35,129 bases of DNA from Pseudomonadota bacterium (lineage in GTDB: Bacteria > Desulfobacterota > Desulfobacteria > Desulfobacterales > ETH-SRB1), in NCBI GenBank assembly GCA_018897415.1, contig JAHIKR010000064.1, forward strand, positions 1 to 35,129, written 5' to 3'. The notes under the pieces were generated by a model. That model was not told where the DNA came from and ran no database searches. It was given only the letters and a program-made list of their open reading frames with translations. This document shows positions 8,610-16,671 of the stretch, one piece after another. The position numbers and the translations under genes are program-made. The stretch's first letter is position 1; each line of letters starts with the position of its first letter.

Positions 8610-8903
8610 ATGGAGACACGAGAAAACGAGTTCTTTACCAGGAATTCCGAATTAAGTATGGAGTTCAGCAAATATGTTTTGGAACATCCCGAGATGGACG
8701 ACCTGCTGACAGAAGAAGCGGTAGTTGTGTTCCTGCCAGAATTTGATGCAGAACTGGCGGATTTCAACTCAAGAATGGCAAAGGAAATTGAAGGTGAAGG
8801 CGGCAGGGTGCTTTATGTGAAGGTGAAACAGATGGCCCCGAAGATCTTTTCCAGGCTGATGGGGGTTGAAGTTGGAGTTGCACGGTCACAACTTGAACAT
8901 TGA
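8610..8903 (+). CDS. Small acidic hypothetical protein, second gene of the coupled pair
   Basis: 97-aa ORF starting 1 nt after the stop of the previous ORF, which implies translational coupling. No family was recognised with confidence. Confidence 0.55.
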   Translation: METRENEFFTRNSELSMEFSKYVLEHPEMDDLLTEEAVVVFLPEFDAELADFNSRMAKEIEGEGGRVLYVKVKQMAPKIFSRLMGVEVGVARSQLEH

Positions 8904-8999
8904 GTACTGGTTCCATGATCTTTCACGGCTTACCGCAGATTTCTGTGCGGAAGCATCTTTTTGCTTCCAAGGCTGGATGTCTTTGGCTCTCTTCCTCTT

Positions 9000-9059
9000 G
9001 CCTTAAAACTTAATCACTTAAAACTTAATCACTTAAAACTTAATCACTTAAAACTTAAC
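9000..9059 (+). repeat. Tandem repeat, 4 x 15 bp (CACTTAAAACTTAAT), ending 3 nt before the aldo/keto reductase ATG
   Basis: gccttaaaacttaat / cacttaaaacttaat / cacttaaaacttaat / cacttaaaacttaac, read directly from the sequence. Confidence 0.9.
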
Positions 9060-9062
9060 ACT

Positions 9063-9956
9063 ATGTTCTTTCCTCATCTTGTCTTAGGCACAGCGCAACT
9101 TGGTCTTCCCTATGGCTTAGCCAACAAGGTAGGGCAACCTGACCAGGCTGTTGCAATTACTATAATCCGTGAAGCTTGGAAAAATGGGATTAGGGAATTT
9201 GATACAGCTCAGGCATATGGGGACAGCGAAAAGGTTTTGGGGAAGGCTCTTTACGAATTGGGCATATCAAGCGAAGCAAAAATCATAACTAAATTCCATC
9301 CGAATTTGGATCATCTGAACGCTTCAGATATGTCGAGAGCCTTGGATGAATCTCTCGAAAGGCTTAGGGTCCGAAGTCTTTATGGTATTATGCTGCACAG
9401 GGAGGAAATGCTTTCCTTATGGAATAAAGGTTTAGCGAAAATTCTTCATGCCTTTATTTTGTCCGGTAGAGTTGAAAAAATAGGTATCTCCGTCTATTCA
9501 CCAGATAAAGCTATACAGGCTTTAAACACCGAAGGTATCAGTATGGTTCAACTTCCGACCAATATCGTGGATAGAAGATTTGAAAATACAGGCGTATTTA
9601 AGCTATCAGATGAAAAGAAAAAACAGATTTACATCAGAAGCGTTTTTCTTCAGGGGCTGCTACTAATGAATCCGGAAGAAATTTCGGATAAAATGTCATT
9701 TGTCAGGCCAATAATTAAAGAAATACAAACGATTTCAAATAATATTGGATTGTCACAGCAGGAAATAGCGCTGGGTTACGTGAAATCAGAGATGCCAAAC
9801 GCTCATGTGGTTTTTGGCGCAGAATCTTCTGAGCAGGTAAAGAGCAATATAGCCTGTTGGAGAAAAAACATTCAACAGAATCTGGTTGATATGATTAAAC
9901 GTAAATTTGATGATATTGACGAAGTTATTTTGAATCCTAATTTATGGCCAAAATGA
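9063..9956 (+). CDS. Aldo/keto reductase
   Basis: From the ATG at 9063 the protein reads MFFPHLVLGTAQLGLPYG...REFDTAQAYGDSEKVLGKAL, a typical AKR N-terminus. The ORF-track start at 8961 (TTG) would translate the 15-bp tandem repeat and is unlikely. Confidence 0.8.
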   Translation: MFFPHLVLGTAQLGLPYGLANKVGQPDQAVAITIIREAWKNGIREFDTAQAYGDSEKVLGKALYELGISSEAKIITKFHPNLDHLNASDMSRALDESLERLRVRSLYGIMLHREEMLSLWNKGLAKILHAFILSGRVEKIGISVYSPDKAIQALNTEGISMVQLPTNIVDRRFENTGVFKLSDEKKKQIYIRSVFLQGLLLMNPEEISDKMSFVRPIIKEIQTISNNIGLSQQEIALGYVKSEMPNAHVVFGAESSEQVKSNIACWRKNIQQNLVDMIKRKFDDIDEVILNPNLWPK

Positions 9957-10735
9957 TGAATATTGTTGCAATACTTCAAGCTAGGATGGGATCATCACGC
10001 CTGCCTGGGAAAGTGCTAAAGCCGATACTCGGCCGCCCAATGTTGGAACATCATATAGAGCGGATAAAACTGAGCAGTAAAATTAACCGAATAGTTGTCG
10101 CCACCAGCATTGATCCAGCGGATCAAGCAATTGTTGATCTCTGCCGGCAGATAGGAATAGAATCTTTTGAAGGTGAACTTGAAAATGTCCTAGATCGTTT
10201 TTACCAAGCAGCAAGACTATACAAATCGGATCATGTGGTTCGCTTGACCGGTGATTGTCCATTGGCTGATCCACATTTAATAGACGAATTAATTGATTTT
10301 TACTTCGTTCAGAAATGTGATTATGCCAGCAATTGTTATGAACCAACTCTGCCTGACGGGCTTGACGCCGAAGTTTTCTCCTTTGCAGTTCTGGAACAGG
10401 TATGGAAGGAAGCCGTGTTGCCATCCCATCTGGAACATGTTACCCCTTTTATTTACATGCATCCGGAAAGGTTTAAAATAAAGAGCCATAAGTATCATAC
10501 AGATTTATCACATCTCAGGTGGACGGTTGATGAATATGAGGATCTGGAATTTGTTAGGCGGATATATGAAATACTTTATCCTGTAAAACCAGATTTTTCG
10601 ATGAAAGATATTCTTCTCCTTCTTGAAAAAAATCCAGAACTTGCGGAAATCAACAGGCGTTTTAAAAGAAATGAGGGTGCGAAGAAGTCGATTGAAAAGG
10701 ATAAGCAATTTCTTGCGCAAAAGCACAGCCATTAG
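9944..10735 (+). CDS. SpsF-type cytidylyltransferase (CTP_transf_3 family; candidate CMP-nonulosonate synthetase)
   Basis: N-terminal AILQARMGSSRLPGKVLKPILGRPML, plus RLTGDCPL and a LRWTVDEYEDLEF tail. The start may be ATG 9944, 9953 or 9956, and it overlaps the AKR stop (9954-9956). Confidence 0.75.
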   Translation: MAKMMNIVAILQARMGSSRLPGKVLKPILGRPMLEHHIERIKLSSKINRIVVATSIDPADQAIVDLCRQIGIESFEGELENVLDRFYQAARLYKSDHVVRLTGDCPLADPHLIDELIDFYFVQKCDYASNCYEPTLPDGLDAEVFSFAVLEQVWKEAVLPSHLEHVTPFIYMHPERFKIKSHKYHTDLSHLRWTVDEYEDLEFVRRIYEILYPVKPDFSMKDILLLLEKNPELAEINRRFKRNEGAKKSIEKDKQFLAQKHSH

Positions 10736-10759
10736 TATTGATCAAAATGGAGATTGAAT

Positions 10760-12871
10760 ATGGAAAGAGAAAAAATTACTATATATCTTGCAGAATTGGC
10801 TCACAATGGTTTTGGACTTAGCTTGAATACCATTCCCTTGGGTATAGGAAGTGTTGGAGCCTACAGCAAAAATAAATATGGTAATCAAATTGAAATACGT
10901 TTGTTCAGACAATTTGAAGACTTAATGAATGCTATATCAGATTTGCCGCCACATATTGTTGGCTTAGGATATTTTACATGGAATGACAATTTGACGCTTG
11001 CGGCCTTAAAATGTGTGAGGGAAATCAGTCCCGATACCCTGATTGTTCTCGGTGGCCTCAACATAACTATTAAAGGGTGGGAGAACACAACAAATAACGT
11101 TACCTCTAAAAAAAGGAAACCTTGTGATGAATACGCAAGAAAATATGATTTTACACTGCTTAATAATAATGCAGATATCGATATTATTGTACATGGAGAT
11201 GGGGAGGTTCCCTTTTCAAACATTATAGAAAAAATGATGGATTCCGCAAATCGATTACAAGTAAAAAGCCAGCCTATCGATGGGTGTACTACATTAGTTG
11301 ATGGAAATTTACTTGCAGGCAAAGTGGTTTCACCTTTGCTTGACCTGGATGTTATACCTTCTCCTTATATAATGGGCTTATATGCTGAATTGTTTGAACG
11401 ATATCAGTTAGTCCCTCAAGTTGAGTCTGTAAGGGGATGTCCTTACAATTGCACCTACTGTACGATTGGCGGAAATATTAATAAGCTGAGAAAACATAGT
11501 TTAGAATATATTAAGGAGGAGATCTTATTTCTTAAAGACAACAGCCCTAACAGAATTTTAAGAATAGCGGATTCAAATTGGGGTATTCTGAAAAGAGATG
11601 TCGAGTTGGCCGAGTTTATCAGGGAATTACATAATTCCACTGGCTACCCAAGTTCATTGAGAGTCTATTACGCAGAAAAAGGCCCTTTTGAAAATGTAAG
11701 AAGAATGGCGAAGACACTGAAGACTTTGCTGCCTTTGAATATGAGCTTCCAGACCTTAACAAAGGAAGTTTTGAAAAATGTTAAAAGACAAAACATGCCG
11801 ATTTCTAAGGTTAAGGAAATGGTTAAATTTGCTCATAGCAATAATATATCCGTTTCTACTGAACTTATTTCTGGACTACCAGGAGAAACATATCAGTCTT
11901 TCAGGGATGTATTCTTGGAAACCGTAAAGCTCAACTTTGATAGCGTTTATGTTGGCACCCTTTATTTAACAAAGGGTGCAGAATTATATACGGATAGAGC
12001 TAGGAAACAGTACGGTTTGAAGACAAAATATGTACTTCTCGGCAATAATATTACAAAACTTAATTCTCGTTATGTCATTGACGCAGATGAAGTTGTGACC
12101 GAGTCAAATAGAATATCTCTGAACGATTTTTGGGGACTTCATAAGTTCAATTTTTTTATTTTTTCATGTTATGGTGCAGCGTTCTTGAAAGAGATCATTA
12201 TGCACTGTATCAATTATCAGATAACGCCATTAGACCTATATGATGAATTATGTGAAAGGCCTGATTGTTACCCGTTTTTTAACGAAATCGCCGACAAATA
12301 CATGACAACTGTGAAAACAAAATACTTTGACACGAGAGAAGAACTTGAGGAAGCGGTATCAAAAACTATTAAGAAAAATGGTAATATTAATGAATTCAGC
12401 GTATATAGGCAGTGTTTTTATCGCCTTGGAAGGATTGCTAGTAGCCGATACAAACATTTATTTATCTCTGATTTTGTAAAATCTGCACGCTCAATTTATG
12501 ATAAAAATAGAAACAAGAATGAAGATGATAAATTTCACTCCATTCTGGATATGCTTGGTGATTTAGCAATAGATGTAATAATTTCGCCCCTGGAAGAAGT
12601 AAAAAAGGAAATTGTAAGATCATATAACTATGATTTAATAACATGGGCAAAGGACGATTATAAAAAACCTTTATCGGGATATAATTTAAAAAAAACAAGA
12701 AGGTTTTCGCTATGCGTCAGAAATATAAATGAGCATAGAGAATTATCTAATAAGACAAAAGGTTGGGGTGACTTAGAAAAATATGCATTTTATTTTACAA
12801 CTGTTGTTTCATCTAATATGAGGCGCTTAATTAAATATACTCATCGCGAAGACAGCGCCATCATTGAATAG
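10760..12871 (+). CDS. B12-binding-domain radical SAM enzyme (class B-like), large 700-aa form
   Basis: CxxxCxxC cluster RGCPYNCTYC with a preceding cobalamin-binding-like Rossmann region (IVGLGYFTW...LIVLGG). The ATG at 10760 follows GGAGA (10749-10753); the ORF track begins at TTG 10754. The gene is visibly more AT-rich than its neighbours. Confidence 0.8.
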   Translation: MEREKITIYLAELAHNGFGLSLNTIPLGIGSVGAYSKNKYGNQIEIRLFRQFEDLMNAISDLPPHIVGLGYFTWNDNLTLAALKCVREISPDTLIVLGGLNITIKGWENTTNNVTSKKRKPCDEYARKYDFTLLNNNADIDIIVHGDGEVPFSNIIEKMMDSANRLQVKSQPIDGCTTLVDGNLLAGKVVSPLLDLDVIPSPYIMGLYAELFERYQLVPQVESVRGCPYNCTYCTIGGNINKLRKHSLEYIKEEILFLKDNSPNRILRIADSNWGILKRDVELAEFIRELHNSTGYPSSLRVYYAEKGPFENVRRMAKTLKTLLPLNMSFQTLTKEVLKNVKRQNMPISKVKEMVKFAHSNNISVSTELISGLPGETYQSFRDVFLETVKLNFDSVYVGTLYLTKGAELYTDRARKQYGLKTKYVLLGNNITKLNSRYVIDADEVVTESNRISLNDFWGLHKFNFFIFSCYGAAFLKEIIMHCINYQITPLDLYDELCERPDCYPFFNEIADKYMTTVKTKYFDTREELEEAVSKTIKKNGNINEFSVYRQCFYRLGRIASSRYKHLFISDFVKSARSIYDKNRNKNEDDKFHSILDMLGDLAIDVIISPLEEVKKEIVRSYNYDLITWAKDDYKKPLSGYNLKKTRRFSLCVRNINEHRELSNKTKGWGDLEKYAFYFTTVVSSNMRRLIKYTHREDSAIIE

Positions 12872-12907
12872 CTGGATTTAGATTACATAAAATGCAAGCA
12901 AATTTAA

Positions 12908-13216
12908 TCATCCGCACATGATCAAGGAAAGAATCGACATCGAAGTGAGCTCTGCACGCTTTATATGTGCGAAAATCCGAAAAAGTTTTATCTTCAACGT
13001 CTTCATCCGGAATCGTCTAAGGTCCAGAGGCCTGATATTCGCTTAACCGTAGATTATCCGGAGGATTTAATCGTTGCACGAGAGGTTTATGAATTTCTTA
13101 AAAAACCGGGCGAATACATTAATGTTGCAGACATTATTGATTATATGGATGCCTATCCAAAATTGAAAGAATTGAACGGATGGATTGACGCCGGTATAGG
13201 AAGAATATGGAATTAG
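12908..13216 (+). pseudogene. C-terminal fragment of a second SpsF-type cytidylyltransferase
   Basis: The open frame reads ...SELCTLYMCENPKKFYLQRLHPESSKVQRPDIRLTVDYPEDLIVAREVYEFL. This parallels SHLEHVTPFIYMHPERFKIKSHKYHTDLSHLRWTVDEYEDLEFVRRIYEIL of the intact gene at 9944-10735. The N-terminal two thirds are absent. Confidence 0.65.
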
Positions 13217-13388
13217 AAGAAACAGTTATGACATGCAAGTATATTCTGAAAGACCAGGTAGAAGATGCAATCACTTAAGTATACCACATTAAGATACTCC
13301 ATCTGAACATTTCAAGAACTGATTTGTCAGTTCATAAATACACTTTCAGTGAAAAGATAAGCAATAATAATATTCAGGAAGGGTCATC

Positions 13389-15155
13389 ATGAATTTTAGC
13401 ACTTTTAACATGCATTTCAAAATTAACATGCGTTTCAAAAGATGGGTTAGAAAGTGGATACTCAGCGAGCATCTGTTTCGGAAGATTAGGCTTTATCGTT
13501 ACGACAAACTCCAGAAATTCTGGTTAGGCCACCCCCCGGTACCTGCACCTCCCTTCGAGACAAGCTATTTTAGAAAAGCAAATTTAGACCCACGTGTGGT
13601 TCGTCGTCTGGATGATTATCGATCCGCTGTAGTTGTAACAGGAAAAACCGAATTGCCTATTGAGAAGCGGAACGGAAAATCGTCAATTCAATTTGCAATA
13701 AGTCCGGCAAGAGATTGGGTTCCCGATAAGTTAGTTCGTTTTAAAATTGGTGGACACGAAACTCTTATTCGAGAAATACCGGTGGATCGGTGGTTCGATG
13801 TGCGCTTGGATCTTGAGGATGAAGACAAAACGTTGATTGTTGAACCAGATGCACCGGTTGAAATAACTATGCCGAGGCTCGTAAAAAATCCTATTCTGGA
13901 AAAGAATAGAAAGGAGATACGCCATATAGTCGTTTGCGTACTGGATGCATGGTCAACGGCCACTGTAAATGAAAAACATCCTATGACAGGGGAAAATAGC
14001 TTGACGCCTAATATAGATCGTTTTTTTTCGCAAGGCTTGTGTGCAAGAAAGGGTATATCAAGCGGGCAATGGACGTTGCCGGCTGTTGGTACTCTGTTCA
14101 CCGGGTTGCATGTTTCGCGTCATAAAATGACACATCCATGGCGCTGGCAGGAATTTGATCGTAATCGTCGAACATTGCCTGAATATTTTCAACATGCCGG
14201 TTATCATACCTTGTGTGGGTCCGTTGTGTCGCGGGTTACACCCGCATTTGGTCACAATCGGGGCTTTGATCGCTTCCTGTATCATTTTCCGGGATTTTCA
14301 TACCAGACTTATGATCCCGCTGTCTGGATACAGGAAATTATCGGTCATATGGAGGCACATTATGGAGATCGGACGTTCAGCTATTTCCAGTTTCCTGATA
14401 CCCATCCCTCGTGGGACATTGCCCCCGAAACGAGATATTTTCATTTATGCCGTCGTGGAAACACGTCGTCAAATCTTAAACAGTTGATGACATCAAAGGC
14501 TTCGAAAATTTTTGACATACCTAACCAAGCTCAACAATTATATTCTTTAAGACTCGCTGAGATCGACAGGATGCTTGGCTGCATTTTTGATTATGTAGAA
14601 AGAAAATTCGAAGAAGAAGCCCTTATCGTTGTGACAGCAGATCATGGTATGCGAATGCCGTATATGAGCGAAGCCCATCAAAACGATGAACCTTTCCTGA
14701 CAGATATTCGAGTTAATATCCCTCTATTCATGCGTGGTCTCGGCGTTCCCGTATGCTCTTATGACGGATTATGTCCGCCAAATCTTGATCTGCCTTTAAC
14801 TCTCTTAAATCTGGCAGGTCTAAAACCGGACTTAGATGATTTTGACGGTACAAACGTCCTGGATCGGATCAGTCTCCAAAAAGAATGTGTTATAAGTGAA
14901 TATGTTTACGCAGGAATCTACGAACTTGCAGTTAGAGGCTATGGCCACGCATTATTTTTAAAATTCGAGATCGACGACAAAGCATATAAGATTCTTTCAA
15001 GAGAACCGATATACATAGGACTATATTCGCTTAATACAGCTTCATACGGGAAAGATAACGATTTAATAAACGAAAAACCTGATGTTTTCGAAACTCTTCG
15101 CAAGGTTGCAATTGATCATATTAACAACATAGGTCTGATGGAGAATATCGGATGA
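13389..15155 (+). CDS. Alkaline-phosphatase-superfamily enzyme (phosphodiesterase/NPP- or sulfatase-like) with an N-terminal extension of about 170 aa
   Basis: Metal-site-like VCVLDAWS. The nucleophile region is QWTLPAVGTLFTG (T-x-P, not the C/S-x-P-x-R of FGly sulfatases). VVTADHGM is also present. RBS AGGAAGG. The stop overlaps the next gene's start (ATGA). Confidence 0.7.
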   Translation: MNFSTFNMHFKINMRFKRWVRKWILSEHLFRKIRLYRYDKLQKFWLGHPPVPAPPFETSYFRKANLDPRVVRRLDDYRSAVVVTGKTELPIEKRNGKSSIQFAISPARDWVPDKLVRFKIGGHETLIREIPVDRWFDVRLDLEDEDKTLIVEPDAPVEITMPRLVKNPILEKNRKEIRHIVVCVLDAWSTATVNEKHPMTGENSLTPNIDRFFSQGLCARKGISSGQWTLPAVGTLFTGLHVSRHKMTHPWRWQEFDRNRRTLPEYFQHAGYHTLCGSVVSRVTPAFGHNRGFDRFLYHFPGFSYQTYDPAVWIQEIIGHMEAHYGDRTFSYFQFPDTHPSWDIAPETRYFHLCRRGNTSSNLKQLMTSKASKIFDIPNQAQQLYSLRLAEIDRMLGCIFDYVERKFEEEALIVVTADHGMRMPYMSEAHQNDEPFLTDIRVNIPLFMRGLGVPVCSYDGLCPPNLDLPLTLLNLAGLKPDLDDFDGTNVLDRISLQKECVISEYVYAGIYELAVRGYGHALFLKFEIDDKAYKILSREPIYIGLYSLNTASYGKDNDLINEKPDVFETLRKVAIDHINNIGLMENIG

Positions 15156-15739
15156 CGAAAAATATAGTTCTTCGACCCCTTGCGCAAGAGGATGTCAGCC
15201 AAGCTTATGTAGATTGGCTCAATGATCCTGAAATTTATCATTACCTTGGCATAAGACATAGAAACCGTAATTTTACAAAAGAGGATATCCAGTCATTTCT
15301 CAATGACTGTCTTGCGAATTGTCGATTTCACTGGGGCATATTTTTGAATAATCGGCATGTTGGTAATGTTTCATGTTCTGCATGGAGTAACGAAAATCAT
15401 TGGATCGATGTATCGTATATTATAGGAGACAAAAGCATATGGGGTCGGAGTGTGGCAACCCTTTCGGTTGGCGCTGTTATTGACTATCTTTTTTCGGTCC
15501 ACCACTATCATAAGGTGCAGGCACATTCGACAGTTGATAATTTGGCTTCAATAAAAGTAATGAAAAAACTTGGAATGCGTCAGGATGCCGTACTCCGTGA
15601 GAATGCTTATTTTCCAAATCGGAAACGCTATTCTGATGAAGTAATATATAGTGTTCTTTGCAGAGAATGGGACCCGAAAGTAATTGATATAGATAATGTT
15701 CGGGTTTTTCCGATGCCGTGGGAGAAAGATATTACATGA
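15152..15739 (+). CDS. GNAT-family N-acetyltransferase (RimJ/RimL-like)
   Basis: IVLRPLAQEDVSQAYVDWLNDPEIYHYL N-terminus and a GNAT core (WGRSVATLSVGAVIDYLF...VMKKLGM). ATGA overlaps on both sides. Confidence 0.75.
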   Translation: MTKNIVLRPLAQEDVSQAYVDWLNDPEIYHYLGIRHRNRNFTKEDIQSFLNDCLANCRFHWGIFLNNRHVGNVSCSAWSNENHWIDVSYIIGDKSIWGRSVATLSVGAVIDYLFSVHHYHKVQAHSTVDNLASIKVMKKLGMRQDAVLRENAYFPNRKRYSDEVIYSVLCREWDPKVIDIDNVRVFPMPWEKDIT

Positions 15740-16671
15740 AAGTCGTTATTGCTGGAGTGAGTGGTCTCCTTGGAAGTAATCTGGTCATGACCATGAGGGG
15801 CAAATTCGATACTGTCGGGACATATAATCAAAATAAAATAGGTTTTGATGGTATTTGTATGGAGAACATGGACATTACTTCGGGTGAAGAAGTTAACAGT
15901 ACTATCTTGAGCGCTATGCCAGATATTTTAATCCATTGTGCTGCTGAAACTCGAGTTGATCATTGCGAGGAGTATCCTGGAGACGCCTTCCGTGTTAATG
16001 TTGAAGGTACATCAAACTTAGCTCTTGCAAGTGCCAAGGCAGGTGCAAAAATGATTTATATTTCCACGGATTCTGTATTTGATGGTCTAAAGGGGAACTA
16101 CAGCGAAAAAGACGAGACAAATCCCGTAAATGTTTACGCTCAGACAAAACTTGAGGGAGAAAAAGCCGTAAAAAAATACTGCGATAATTATCTGATCCTC
16201 CGAACCAATATTTACGGTTGGAACGCAAGGTCAAAATCGAGTTTAGCCGAATGGGTTCTAAATCGTTTGAAAAGCGGTGATCGAAAAATTCCTGGCTTCG
16301 GGGATGTTTTTTTTTCACCCATGTTAGTTAATGATCTGGCTCATATTATTGAAAAGATGATAGGAGCTGATTTGCGGGGGCTGTTTCACGTCGGAGCAAG
16401 CGATAAGTGCAGCAAACTCGATTTTGCCAGAATGATCTGCAGGGTCTTTGATGAAAACTCAAGGCGTGTAGTCCCGAGCAATTCGGATACTATTAATTTC
16501 AGAGCTCGCCGTCCCAAAGATACTTCTCTGAATGTTACGAAGGTTACTCTCGAATTGGAAAATGCAATGCCTACTGTTGTAGAAGGATTAAGACATTTTC
16601 GAGAGCTCTTGGATAGTGGTTACGTTGATCAACTGAAGGCGATTGTGATGAATCAGGAGGTTTCATTATGA
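15736..16671 (+). CDS. RmlD-like NAD(P)-dependent sugar 4-ketoreductase (SDR)
   Basis: From the ATG at 15736 it reads MKVVIAGVSGLLGSNL. It also has YISTDSVFDG and YAQTKLEGE (YxxxK). The ORF-track start 15718 lies inside the GNAT gene. There is an ATGA overlap with the GNAT stop. Confidence 0.75.
   Translation: MKVVIAGVSGLLGSNLVMTMRGKFDTVGTYNQNKIGFDGICMENMDITSGEEVNSTILSAMPDILIHCAAETRVDHCEEYPGDAFRVNVEGTSNLALASAKAGAKMIYISTDSVFDGLKGNYSEKDETNPVNVYAQTKLEGEKAVKKYCDNYLILRTNIYGWNARSKSSLAEWVLNRLKSGDRKIPGFGDVFFSPMLVNDLAHIIEKMIGADLRGLFHVGASDKCSKLDFARMICRVFDENSRRVVPSNSDTINFRARRPKDTSLNVTKVTLELENAMPTVVEGLRHFRELLDSGYVDQLKAIVMNQEVSL

Noticed and set aside
8246-8767. 173-aa minus-strand ORF spanning the two small + strand ORFs
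   Set aside because: Its composition is Ser-rich and low-complexity. It runs against the otherwise uniform + strand organisation. The + strand pair has protein-like sequences and precise stop/start coupling.
9000-9059. Possible CRISPR array (regular short repeats here and at 33303-33429)
   Set aside because: The 15-bp units are directly tandem with no spacers. The 24-bp units in MITE C number only three, with hairpin-containing, partly related spacers about 26-29 bp long. No cas genes are present.
8961-9062. TTG-initiated N-terminal extension of the aldo/keto reductase (LKLNH x3 peptide repeat)
   Set aside because: The extension is simply the in-frame reading of the 15-bp DNA tandem repeat. 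The AKR family N-terminus (LGTAQLG) begins right after the ATG at 9063. The same DNA repeat occurs non-codingly at 8174-8203.
10885-11322. 145-aa minus-strand ORF inside the first radical SAM gene, and similar antisense ORFs at 13688-14101, 21958-22305 and 27407-27772
   Set aside because: All are nested antisense to long + strand genes with recognisable motifs. None has a family signature.
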